From assembly GCA_047947115.1 (NCBI GenBank), contig CP170459.1, positions 1,504,001-1,568,000 on the forward strand: a stretch of 64,000 nucleotides of DNA. Direction: 5' to 3'. Source of the stretch: Verrucomicrobiota bacterium. Its GTDB lineage: Bacteria; Verrucomicrobiota; Verrucomicrobiia; Limisphaerales; AAA164-E04. The number at the start of each line of letters is the position of its first letter. Position 1 is the first letter of the stretch. Made by a program: the position numbers and the translations under genes. Shown here in pieces: positions 17,546-26,508 of this stretch. The notes below the pieces were generated by a model. The model was not told the origin of the DNA and ran no database searches. It saw only the letters and a program-made list of their open reading frames with translations.

Positions 17546-20233
17546 ATGAGCGAACTTCCCAAGGCGTATCAACCGCAGTCGGTTGAATCGAAGTGGTATC
17601 AATATTGGCTGGACGAAAAGTTTTTTGAAGCGGATCCCGAATCCAGTAAACCCGGCTTTTCCATCGTCATCCCCCCTCCCAATGTGACGGGGATGCTCCA
17701 CATGGGGCATGTGTTGAACAACACGATCCAGGACATCCTGGCCCGCAAGGCGCGCATGGACGGCAAGGAAGTGCTGTGGCTGCCTGGTACGGATCACGCG
17801 GGGATCGCCACTCAGGTCATGGTGGAAAAGGACATCCGCAAGGAAGGTCTGACACGGCATGATCTGGGGCGTGAGAAGTTCCTGGAGAAGGTCTGGGAGT
17901 GGAAGGAAAAGCACGGCGGAATCATCATCAATCAGCTCAAAAAACTGGGTGCCTCCTGTGATTGGTCTCGTGAGCGGTTCACGATGGATGAGGATTATTC
18001 CCGTTGTGTGCAGCGTGTATTCGTCGAGCTTTACAAGCAGGGGCTGATCTATCGCGGCAAGCGCATGGTCAATTGGTGTCCGGCTTCCCTGACGGCTTTG
18101 TCCGACGAAGAGGTGATCATGACGCCTCAAAAGAGTTTTCTCTGGTATTTCAAAGTGCAGGTGGTGGAAGAACCCGGCACCTGGATGACGATTGCCACGA
18201 CGCGTCCGGAGACGATTCCGGGTGACACGGCTGTAGCGGTAAATCCGAAGGATCCGCGGTATGGACACTTGATCGGTAAACATATCATTCGACCGCTGCC
18301 GATCGAGAATCAGGCCCATATCCCGATTGTGGCCGATGAGCACATTGATCTGGAGTTTGGAACCGGTGTGCTCAAAGTCACCCCGGCTCATGACAAAGCT
18401 GACTTCGAAATCGGTCAGCGTCACAACCTGGAAGTCATCGATATTCTGAATCCAAACGGAACGACCAATGACTTGGCTGGTCAGGACCTGGCGGGATTGG
18501 ATCGGTTTGAAGCTCGTGAAAAAGCGGCGGAGTTGTTGCGCGAAATGGGCGTCCTCGAAAAAGAGGAAGCCTATGAAAACAACGTGGGATTCAGTGAACG
18601 CGCCAAGGTGCCGGTCGAACCACGCTTGTCCGAGCAATGGTTTTTGAAATACCCCGAGGTGGAGGCGTCCCATCGTTGCGTCGCCGAGGGGCACATGAAG
18701 TTTTATCCGGAACGTTGGGCCAAGACCTATGATCACTGGATGACGAACATTCAGGATTGGTGTATCAGCCGCCAGCTGTGGTGGGGGCATCAGATCCCGG
18801 TTTGGTATCACAACGAAACCGGAGAGGTGCATTGTGATCTTGAGCCGCCCGCGAATGAGGCGGATTGGACGCGTGATGGCGATGTATTGGATACATGGTT
18901 CAGTTCCTGGTTATGGCCTTTTGCCACGATGGGATGGACTGGCGACAAGGACAAGGACGCCGACAATCCGGCGCTTAAGGCCTTCTATCCGACCACGGAT
19001 CTTGTGACGGGGCCGGACATTATTTTCTTCTGGGTGGCCCGCATGATCATGGCGGGATATGCATTCATGGGTGATTTGCCATTCCGCAATGTGTATTACA
19101 CGGGGATCATCCGGGACAAACAGGGGCGCAAAATGTCCAAGACACTTGGTAATTCACCAGATCCGCTGGAATTGATTGCCAAGTACGGCGCGGATGCCCT
19201 GAGGTTTGGCACGATGCGCAGCGCTCCTTTGGGGCTGGATGTGTTGTTTGACGAGAAGGATGTCGAGTTGGGGCGCAACTTCTGCAACAAACTATGGAAT
19301 GCCTGTCGCTTCCGTCAGATGCAGGGAGGTGAGCAGGAAGGGGAGATTGACCCCATGCGCTTGTGCTCGGATGACAAGTGGATATTGATCCGGCTCAACA
19401 CAGCCATTAGTGAGGTCAACCAGGCTTTCGATCATTATAAATTCAATGAAGCCACGACGGCGCTCTACCGGTTTTTCTGGAATGAGTATTGTGACTGGTA
19501 TATCGAGTCCAGCAAGGCGGCCTTGCAGAGTGATGATGAAGCAGTGCGAGCCAACACGCTGGCGGTGATTGATTTTGTTCTCTCGAACACCTTGCGTTTG
19601 TTCCATCCATTCCTTCCATTTATTACCGAAGAACTTTGGAACGGGATGGGTTTCAACAGTGATCTGCCGGAGAACCGCGGGGGGCAGACGATCAATTTCG
19701 CAACCTGGCCCAAAGCCTTTGACGAGGATTTTGTGGAGCACTATGGGTTGCATCAGTATTTCGCTGACTTCGTGGAGTCCAAGTATGAGCTGGTGAAGAG
19801 TGGTCGCAACCTGCGGGGAGAGTTCAACCTGCCGAGCAATCAGAAGATTCGCTATGTGCTTCAGCCTTCGGAAACTCTTTCGGATTACGAGTTGAACACA
19901 ATCAGGATATTGCTGAACGCCGATCCGTTGGATGTCGAATCCAGTTTCGACGCCCCCAAAGGAACGCCGACTATTCCTTCATCATTGGGAACCTTGTTCC
20001 TGCCATTGGAAGGCTTGATCGATGTGGAGGCCGAAAAAGCGCGTTTGAGCAAGGAGCTTGAGAAAATTGCCAAGGAAGTCGAGAAGGTGGAGAAGAAATT
20101 GGCCAATAAAGGCTTTGTTGACCGTGCACCTGCCGAGGTGGTTGAGGAGCATCGTCAACGCATGGTTGATTGGCAGCACAAGTTGGAGCACACCCGTAAA
20201 AGTCTCGAAGCGCTTGGTGCCGATGACGCTTGA
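17546..20233 (+). CDS. valS: Valine--tRNA ligase
   Basis: PPPNVTG.LHMGH, GTDHAGIATQ, WCISRQLWWGH, DTWFSS, KMSKT, C-terminal coiled coil. Confidence 0.98.
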   Translation: MSELPKAYQPQSVESKWYQYWLDEKFFEADPESSKPGFSIVIPPPNVTGMLHMGHVLNNTIQDILARKARMDGKEVLWLPGTDHAGIATQVMVEKDIRKEGLTRHDLGREKFLEKVWEWKEKHGGIIINQLKKLGASCDWSRERFTMDEDYSRCVQRVFVELYKQGLIYRGKRMVNWCPASLTALSDEEVIMTPQKSFLWYFKVQVVEEPGTWMTIATTRPETIPGDTAVAVNPKDPRYGHLIGKHIIRPLPIENQAHIPIVADEHIDLEFGTGVLKVTPAHDKADFEIGQRHNLEVIDILNPNGTTNDLAGQDLAGLDRFEAREKAAELLREMGVLEKEEAYENNVGFSERAKVPVEPRLSEQWFLKYPEVEASHRCVAEGHMKFYPERWAKTYDHWMTNIQDWCISRQLWWGHQIPVWYHNETGEVHCDLEPPANEADWTRDGDVLDTWFSSWLWPFATMGWTGDKDKDADNPALKAFYPTTDLVTGPDIIFFWVARMIMAGYAFMGDLPFRNVYYTGIIRDKQGRKMSKTLGNSPDPLELIAKYGADALRFGTMRSAPLGLDVLFDEKDVELGRNFCNKLWNACRFRQMQGGEQEGEIDPMRLCSDDKWILIRLNTAISEVNQAFDHYKFNEATTALYRFFWNEYCDWYIESSKAALQSDDEAVRANTLAVIDFVLSNTLRLFHPFLPFITEELWNGMGFNSDLPENRGGQTINFATWPKAFDEDFVEHYGLHQYFADFVESKYELVKSGRNLRGEFNLPSNQKIRYVLQPSETLSDYELNTIRILLNADPLDVESSFDAPKGTPTIPSSLGTLFLPLEGLIDVEAEKARLSKELEKIAKEVEKVEKKLANKGFVDRAPAEVVEEHRQRMVDWQHKLEHTRKSLEALGADDA

Positions 20234-20433
20234 GCGACGAGCAGTGCTTTCATGTGTCTGGAGCTGACTTGATGGCATTCTCGTTTTCAGCATTATGACC
20301 GCATGGCGGTATCTGAGAGGTGTCCTGGATATCCTCAGGTGTGGGAATGCGATGGTGCCTTGAAAAGAGTGTGTTGTTGCAAATCTACTCCGAATGAGTT
20401 GGTTCTTGCAGGGGCTGTTTGGCGTTGAACATC

Positions 20434-21408
20434 ATGGATTCTCTCTCATCCCAGTTATCGACCTTGATTGTCCTGTTCAGGGATGTTTGTCTGCCTATCG
20501 TCGTGTTGTTTGGCACGGGATGGGCTTTGGACAGGAAGTTCAAGTTTGATATGCCAACCATGGTGAGGTTGAATATTTACCTTTTTGTTCCGGCTTTTAT
20601 CTTCGTCAAAGTCACCGAAGCCCATCTGGACGCCCGCACGGGAATCAAGATTATCCTGTTCACCCTGGTATCCATTGGCTGCATGGGATGCATCAGCAGT
20701 GCAACGGCTCGATGGTTTCGCGATGATTTGCCGACGCGCAAAGCCCTTCAGTTGTCGACCATGTTTTATAACTGTGGGAACTATGGTATTCCGTTGATGA
20801 GTCTGGCTTTCCCGGTGGAGGGTCCCTTGGTTCAGGTTTTTGTTCTGATGACGATGAATATCTCCACGTTCACGTTGGGTTTGTTCATCGCTCATTCATC
20901 CTTGGGAGAGGGGGCAGGACATTGGAAGGAGTCGCTGGGGCCGGTTTTTCGTCAACCTGCGGTCTATGCCATTGCTTTGGCCTGGATTTTTAAGGGCTTG
21001 GATGTGCCGGTTCAGAATGCGGTTTTCCTGTGGCGGCCGCTGGAATATCTCGCTGAGGGATTGGTGGGGGTTGCTTTGATTACGTTGGGAGTTCAGCTTT
21101 CAAAGACCAACGTCAAGGGCTTGCGTGGGCCATTGACGCAATCTCTCGTCATCCGCTTGGTAGGCGGGCCTTGCATCGGTATTCTTTTGACATGGGTGTT
21201 TGGTTTCGAGGGCAGGACCGCCGCCATCCTTATCCTGGGAACGGCTGCACCTTCGGCGGTCAATACCGCTTTGCTCGCGTATGAATTCAAGGCCAACAGT
21301 CAGTTTGCCGCAGCGACGGTTTTTTACACCACGTTGCTCAGCATACTGGTGGTGACGTTTTTGCTCAGTGTGATCACTTTTGGCTGGATTCCCTGGGCTC
21401 GTTATTGA
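20434..21408 (+). CDS. AEC (auxin efflux carrier/malate permease) family transporter
   Basis: NCGNYGIP, ALITLGVQL, APSAVN motifs; about 10 TM segments. Confidence 0.85.
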   Translation: MDSLSSQLSTLIVLFRDVCLPIVVLFGTGWALDRKFKFDMPTMVRLNIYLFVPAFIFVKVTEAHLDARTGIKIILFTLVSIGCMGCISSATARWFRDDLPTRKALQLSTMFYNCGNYGIPLMSLAFPVEGPLVQVFVLMTMNISTFTLGLFIAHSSLGEGAGHWKESLGPVFRQPAVYAIALAWIFKGLDVPVQNAVFLWRPLEYLAEGLVGVALITLGVQLSKTNVKGLRGPLTQSLVIRLVGGPCIGILLTWVFGFEGRTAAILILGTAAPSAVNTALLAYEFKANSQFAAATVFYTTLLSILVVTFLLSVITFGWIPWARY

Positions 21409-21530
21409 ATTTCGCACCCTTGCCGGAAATGGTGGAGGGTAATCTTGGGCATGAACCTGTTAAAATCCGCTGGCAATATGATGGTGTCCATATTACGCTT
21501 CTCTTGAAATTGAAACCCGTGAATTGACTT

Positions 21531-21995
21531 ATGGATATTGTATTTAGCTGCCCAGGATGCCATCAGGAGCTCGTTGTGGATGCGCAGGGATCGGGTTCTG
21601 AGATTGAGTGTCCTTCATGTGAAACATCGATCACCGTGCCTGAGGCTGATGCGGCCAATGTGAAGCTGCATGGAGCATCCAATGCGGCCAACAAGGTGGA
21701 TAAACAGTTTGTGGTTCCGACCTACGACCAGCCCGCGGAAAGCCTGATCACCAAGGCCCGTCCTCCACTCGAGAAGCAGAAGGATGGTGAAAAAATCTTA
21801 CGCATCAAAACCATTCGTCATACGGACTGCAAAGAGGTTGGTCATGATGCCTTTGACGAGCGAGTGACAGAAATTTTAAACCAGATCGGGGAGTCCAATA
21901 TCGTCAGCATCAATACCATATCCTACTCTTATGTGGATTTGAGTACCAAGCAATTGCTGGCCGACTTTGGGGTGGTCATTATTTATAAGGGGTAA
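21531..21995 (+). CDS. Hypothetical protein with N-terminal zinc ribbon
   Basis: CPGC...CPSC at the N-terminus. Confidence 0.65.
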   Translation: MDIVFSCPGCHQELVVDAQGSGSEIECPSCETSITVPEADAANVKLHGASNAANKVDKQFVVPTYDQPAESLITKARPPLEKQKDGEKILRIKTIRHTDCKEVGHDAFDERVTEILNQIGESNIVSINTISYSYVDLSTKQLLADFGVVIIYKG

Positions 21996-22036
21996 CTTGT
22001 GAGCTGCAGGACGGCTCGGAATGGAGTTTTCAACAC

Positions 22037-22066
22037 AAAAAGCCCTCCCGTTCGGGAGGGCTTTTT
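22037..22066. terminator. Bidirectional intrinsic terminator
   Basis: AAAAAGCCCTCCCG-TT-CGGGAGGGCTTTTT between convergent genes. Confidence 0.9.
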
Positions 22067-22092
22067 GATGTTCAAATAAGTTTTGCGTTGTT

Positions 22093-22356
22093 TCAGCTCA
22101 ACCCGTTGGCCAGCTTGGTCAGGCGGGACTTTTTGTTATTGGCCTTGTTCCGATGAAGCACGCCTTTTTTGGCTGCCTTATCGTAGGCTGAGGCAACAGT
22201 CCGAAGCGCGGTGGTGGCTTCTTCCTTTTTGCCTTCTTTCACGAGCTCCTTGAAATTGCGTTCCAAGGTGCCGATGCGTGATTTGATCGCACGGTTAACT
22301 TTTTGTTTACGTTCCGTGTTGCGTGTTCTTTTGATTGCGGATTTTGTATTTGGCAT
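22093..22356 (-). CDS. rpsT: 30S ribosomal protein S20
   Basis: MPNTKSAIKR...DKAAKKGVLHRNKANNKKSRL. Confidence 0.97.
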   Translation of the reverse strand: MPNTKSAIKRTRNTERKQKVNRAIKSRIGTLERNFKELVKEGKKEEATTALRTVASAYDKAAKKGVLHRNKANNKKSRLTKLANGLS

Positions 22357-22397
22357 ACCTGATACTGATTAAGACTGATGCATCAATAGAGTCGGCA

Positions 22398-22425
22398 AAT
22401 CTAAGGATCTGGGACCGTTTGTCAA
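22398..22425 (-). promoter_or_regulatory. Putative sigma70 promoter of rpsT
   Basis: Minus strand TTGACA-N16-TAGATT, about 40 nt upstream of the rpsT ATG. Confidence 0.55.
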
Positions 22426-22543
22426 TGGTTCTGTTTAAAATAATTGAATGAAAGTCATTTTTCCTTCGTTTTAGATGGATCATTTCTTGCAAGGAAACCG
22501 TTTGTAGGAACATGATGAACCCACGCTCAACTCTCGGGAAGCC

Positions 22544-23542
22544 ATGATTCGATCGTTCGCATTCACAACGCAGGGAAAGCTCCATAGTCGGGATATGGAG
22601 GCATTCTTGATGCCTACCTTGCTGGGCGACACTAACTTGTTCTTATGGGTGGATATCGAAGCTCCCACCAAAGAGGAGCTCAAGGTGGTGCTCGAAGAAA
22701 TTTTTCATTTCCACCCTCTGTCGATCGAAGATTGTGTTTCCGATCTGGGAGCTCCCAAGGTGGAGGAGTATGTTCCCAAAGACGAGGATCAGTTCGCTCC
22801 TTATTTGTTCATGGTGATGCATGGTGTGGATTACAGTAAGGAGGACGGTGTTTTCGCAACCAGTGAGTTGAATTTTTTCCTGGGCAAAAATTTCCTCGTG
22901 ACGTGTCATGTGAAACCTGTAAGGAGTATTCAATACACAGAAGATCAGTGCCTTAGGAGAAAGAAGCAAGTCGCCAGAGCACCTGATCGGGTGGCACATA
23001 CCCTTCTGGATAATCTGGTGGATAATTACAAACCGGCTCTTCAGGAACTGGCTTTTGAGATTGGTGAGATTGAGGAGCAGGTGTTGGATCAGGCCACTCC
23101 CGAGGTGTTGAACAAGATTACATCCATCAAAAAGGAAGTGCAGCATCTTCGTAGAATCATCGGCCCCCAGCGTGAGGTCCTTTCGCGTTTTGCTCGTGGC
23201 GATTTCAAGTTGATCCGGCCGAAGTTGATCCCTTATTACCGTGATGTTTACGACGATCTTTTCCGAATTCACGAGTTGGCCCAGAACTACACCGATTCAT
23301 TGACCGCCATTCTGCAGTTGTACCTCAATATGTCGTCCAATCAGACCGGTGAAGTCGTCAAATTGCTGACCATGATTACGCTGATCACGACTCCGATGAT
23401 GATGATTGGCACCTGGTACGGGATGAATTTTTCATCAATGCCTGAACTGACAGCTTCAAGCGGGTATTTGGTGGCTGCGACAGTCATGTTGTTTTCGACC
23501 GCGGGGACTTATTTGTATTTCAAGCGGAAGAAGTGGTTGTGA
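22544..23542 (+). CDS. corA: Magnesium/cobalt transporter CorA
   Basis: WVDI, FHPLSIEDC, YYRDVYD, YGMNF signature, two C-terminal TMs. Confidence 0.92.
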   Translation: MIRSFAFTTQGKLHSRDMEAFLMPTLLGDTNLFLWVDIEAPTKEELKVVLEEIFHFHPLSIEDCVSDLGAPKVEEYVPKDEDQFAPYLFMVMHGVDYSKEDGVFATSELNFFLGKNFLVTCHVKPVRSIQYTEDQCLRRKKQVARAPDRVAHTLLDNLVDNYKPALQELAFEIGEIEEQVLDQATPEVLNKITSIKKEVQHLRRIIGPQREVLSRFARGDFKLIRPKLIPYYRDVYDDLFRIHELAQNYTDSLTAILQLYLNMSSNQTGEVVKLLTMITLITTPMMMIGTWYGMNFSSMPELTASSGYLVAATVMLFSTAGTYLYFKRKKWL

Positions 23543-23575
23543 ATCGATGGATTTTGTTTGCGGATAGGTTGAACG

Positions 23576-24844
23576 ATGGCTGGTTTTAAATCAAATTTTC
23601 TGGATAAAGTGCTGGGGCGCATTGATCGGTTGGATGCGGAAGGTTTGCAATCGGTCGTCGAGCGCATGAATGAGCAGCGTCAGTTGTTCGACACTGTGTT
23701 TAATGTCATTGAAGACAGCATACTGGTGGTGAGTCCGGGCGGGAAACTGGTTTATTGCAACCAGGCGACTTTCGAGTTGTTGGGGCAATCCTGGGAGAAA
23801 ATGGAAAACAAGTCCGTGACACGGTTGATTCCGGATTTGGACTGGGAGGGATTGGTTCAGTCCATGAGTGAAGACGAATCCTCGCGCATGGTTCGTTTGG
23901 AATTTGATATACGATATCCGAAACCGCGGTTTTTGCGCCTTTTTGCCTCCATTATCGAGCGCCAAAGTTCTCGGCAGGCAGGGTATGTGTTGGTGTTGCA
24001 TGATGTGACCGAAACACGCCAAAAAACAGTGGAAGCAATTGAAAGTGAACGTGTTCATACCTTGACACTCCTTGCCGCAAGTGTGGCGCATGAAATAGGA
24101 AATCCATTGAATGCGTTGCATATACACCTTCAGTTGATCGCGCGTGAAACTTCAAAATTGCGACAAGCCGTTGAGCAGCAATCGGTCAAAAAAAAGCGAG
24201 GCCGAGGTCGTCCACGACTGGATGTGGCGGATGAAATGAATGCGATTGATTTGAACAAGGGATTCAATCGCTTGGAGGAGTTCATTGATATTTCAAAAGG
24301 GGAAATCAATCGCCTTGAGTACATCATCACTCAATTTTTGCAGGCGATACGTCCGACAGCTCCCGATCGCAAGCCCGATCAGTTGAACAGTGTCATTCTG
24401 GAAACGGTTGATCTGATGCGACCGGAGTTGGAAAACCGCAACATAGAATTGATCAAGGAGCTTGATCGGGATTTGCCAAACACGCCCTTTGACAGGTCGC
24501 AAATCAAGCAGGTGTTGGTCAACTTGATCAAGAACGCCATGCAGGCGATGAGTAAATCAGGTGTTCTGACGATTCGTACAGCGGGCGAGGCGGATGGTGT
24601 GTGGATGAGCATCGAGGATGTGGGGGCCGGTATTCCGAGTGAGCGGATCAGTCGGATTTTTGAGCCTTACTTTACGACCAAGAAGAAGGGGACCGGACTG
24701 GGGTTGATGATTGTTCATCGTATTGTGCGTGACCACGGAGGGCGAATTATGGTGGAACCCAACCAGCCCAAGGGAACCGTTTTCAGGGTATGGTTGCCTT
24801 TGTTTGACAAGCAGAAACGACTTTTGGGGAGTGGAGACATTTAA
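23576..24844 (+). CDS. Cytoplasmic PAS-domain sensor histidine kinase (NtrB-like)
   Basis: PAS region, AHEIGNPL H-box, NLIKNA, DVGAGI, FEPYFTTK, GTGLGL; no TM segment seen. Confidence 0.92.
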   Translation: MAGFKSNFLDKVLGRIDRLDAEGLQSVVERMNEQRQLFDTVFNVIEDSILVVSPGGKLVYCNQATFELLGQSWEKMENKSVTRLIPDLDWEGLVQSMSEDESSRMVRLEFDIRYPKPRFLRLFASIIERQSSRQAGYVLVLHDVTETRQKTVEAIESERVHTLTLLAASVAHEIGNPLNALHIHLQLIARETSKLRQAVEQQSVKKKRGRGRPRLDVADEMNAIDLNKGFNRLEEFIDISKGEINRLEYIITQFLQAIRPTAPDRKPDQLNSVILETVDLMRPELENRNIELIKELDRDLPNTPFDRSQIKQVLVNLIKNAMQAMSKSGVLTIRTAGEADGVWMSIEDVGAGIPSERISRIFEPYFTTKKKGTGLGLMIVHRIVRDHGGRIMVEPNQPKGTVFRVWLPLFDKQKRLLGSGDI

Positions 24845-24856
24845 AGTTGGGCATGC

Positions 24857-24872
24857 TGGCTGGCTCCTTGCT
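24857..24872 (+). promoter_or_regulatory. Possible sigma54 -24/-12 promoter
   Basis: TGGC-TGGCTCC-TTGCT fits TGGC-N7-TTGCW; lies upstream of a sigma54 activator gene. Confidence 0.35.
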
Positions 24873-25083
24873 AAAGTTGAGCCGCCTTCAGTGGCATAGG
24901 AGGATGAATTGCAAGCGGCCAAGACCGCATTTTTTACGTGTTATTTTGAGCGGAATACACATTTGATATTGTCAGAGGGGACGTAACTGTGGAAGTTGCT
25001 CGTGACATTGGACCTGTTTCCACATTTGTCTCAGCGAGCGAGTGAGGCCCCGGGACCCGGTAATCCGTTCATTTCAGGGAAAG

Positions 25084-26496
25084 ATGAAACCATTATTGTT
25101 GATTGTAGATGATGAAAAGACACAGCGTGAAGGTTTGCGTGCTGTCTTGGAAGATCATTACGATATCTACATTGCGGACAATGCCGCGGCTGCGATTGAA
25201 TTGCTCGAAAGTGAACCTTTCGACATTCTTCTTACCGATTTTCGGATGCCTGGCGAAGATGGGCTGAAGTTGATCAAGCGGGCCAAGAGCCTTTCACATC
25301 CTCCCATCTGCATTCTAATGACGGCTTTTGGTTCCGAGGAAACAGCCGTTCAAGCCATCAAGGAGGGGGCTGATGATTATATTCCCAAAGGTGGCATGTT
25401 GATAGAGGATCTTGAAAAGAAGATCCAGAGAGCTTTGAAGTTGCGCAGTCTGGAGGAAGAGAACACCGCGCTTAAGAAGCAGCTGGGCCATCAATTCAAG
25501 ACCAATAACATTGTGGGAGAATCTCCTGTCATGCGCTATGTGTTTGATACTGTGGATCAAGTGGCTCCCACCAATGCCACAGTTTTGATTTTGGGAGAAA
25601 GTGGGACGGGTAAGGAATTGATTGCCAAGGCAATCCATCAAATGAGCCACCGATCCCATCATCCAATGGTGACGGTGCATTGTGCGGGCTTGTCACCGAC
25701 CTTGCTTGAGAGCGAGTTGTTCGGGCATGAGAAGGGTGCATTTACCGGGGCTCATGAAAGAAGGATAGGCAGGTTTGAAAAAGCTGATGGAGGGACTTTG
25801 TTCCTGGATGAAATTGGTGAAATCGACACCTCCACTCAAATCAAACTGTTGCGCATACTTGGCGAGCGTTCTTTTGAACGCGTTGGATCCACTAAAACCA
25901 TCAATGTGGACGTCAGGTTGTTGGCCGCCACCAACAAGGATCTGCCCAAACTCATGCAAGAAGGCAAATTCAGGGAAGATCTGTATTATCGGTTGAGGGT
26001 GGTTGAGATTCGATTGCCGGCTCTGCGTGAGCGTCCGACCGATATCCCTGCTCTGGCCATGACCTTTCTGAAAGAATTTGCCAGTCAAAACCGGAAGAAG
26101 GTCAATGATTTTTCAAAAGAAGCCTTGGATTGCATCGTACGTCATTCCTGGCCGGGAAATGTTCGGGAATTGAGGGCTGCGATTGAGCACGCTCTGGTTT
26201 TTGCCAAAGGGAGGCGAGTTGAGTTGGCTGATTTGCCGGGTTCCATGCGCATGCCTCCGCCTTCTGGTGCGGCAGTCTTGGTGTCGCCGGAGATGCCGGG
26301 TTCTGTTCACGTTGGTCCTGCGGTCTTGGGGCATGGGGCCGGATCTCATGCGAATTTATCCGTTGAAGAAAACGAAAAACAATTGATGATGGAAGCCTTG
26401 AAGCAAACCAGGGGGAATCGGACAGAGGCTGCGAAGCTACTCGGGATGAGTCGCCGGACCTTGCACCGAAAGTTAACCAAATTTCAGATTCATTAA
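25084..26496 (+). CDS. Sigma54-dependent response regulator (NtrC/AtoC family)
   Basis: Receiver domain (VDDE, TDFRMPG), GESGTGKE, ESELFGHEKGAFTGA, WPGNVREL, Fis-type HTH. Confidence 0.95.
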   Translation: MKPLLLIVDDEKTQREGLRAVLEDHYDIYIADNAAAAIELLESEPFDILLTDFRMPGEDGLKLIKRAKSLSHPPICILMTAFGSEETAVQAIKEGADDYIPKGGMLIEDLEKKIQRALKLRSLEEENTALKKQLGHQFKTNNIVGESPVMRYVFDTVDQVAPTNATVLILGESGTGKELIAKAIHQMSHRSHHPMVTVHCAGLSPTLLESELFGHEKGAFTGAHERRIGRFEKADGGTLFLDEIGEIDTSTQIKLLRILGERSFERVGSTKTINVDVRLLAATNKDLPKLMQEGKFREDLYYRLRVVEIRLPALRERPTDIPALAMTFLKEFASQNRKKVNDFSKEALDCIVRHSWPGNVRELRAAIEHALVFAKGRRVELADLPGSMRMPPPSGAAVLVSPEMPGSVHVGPAVLGHGAGSHANLSVEENEKQLMMEALKQTRGNRTEAAKLLGMSRRTLHRKLTKFQIH

Positions 26497-26508
26497 ATCA
26501 ACATTCAC

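Noticed and set aside
17360..18832. Long antisense ORFs (490 aa opposite valS; also 46209-47216, 52557-53732, 44749-45666)
   Set aside because: Shadow ORFs opposite well-supported genes, with no protein motifs.
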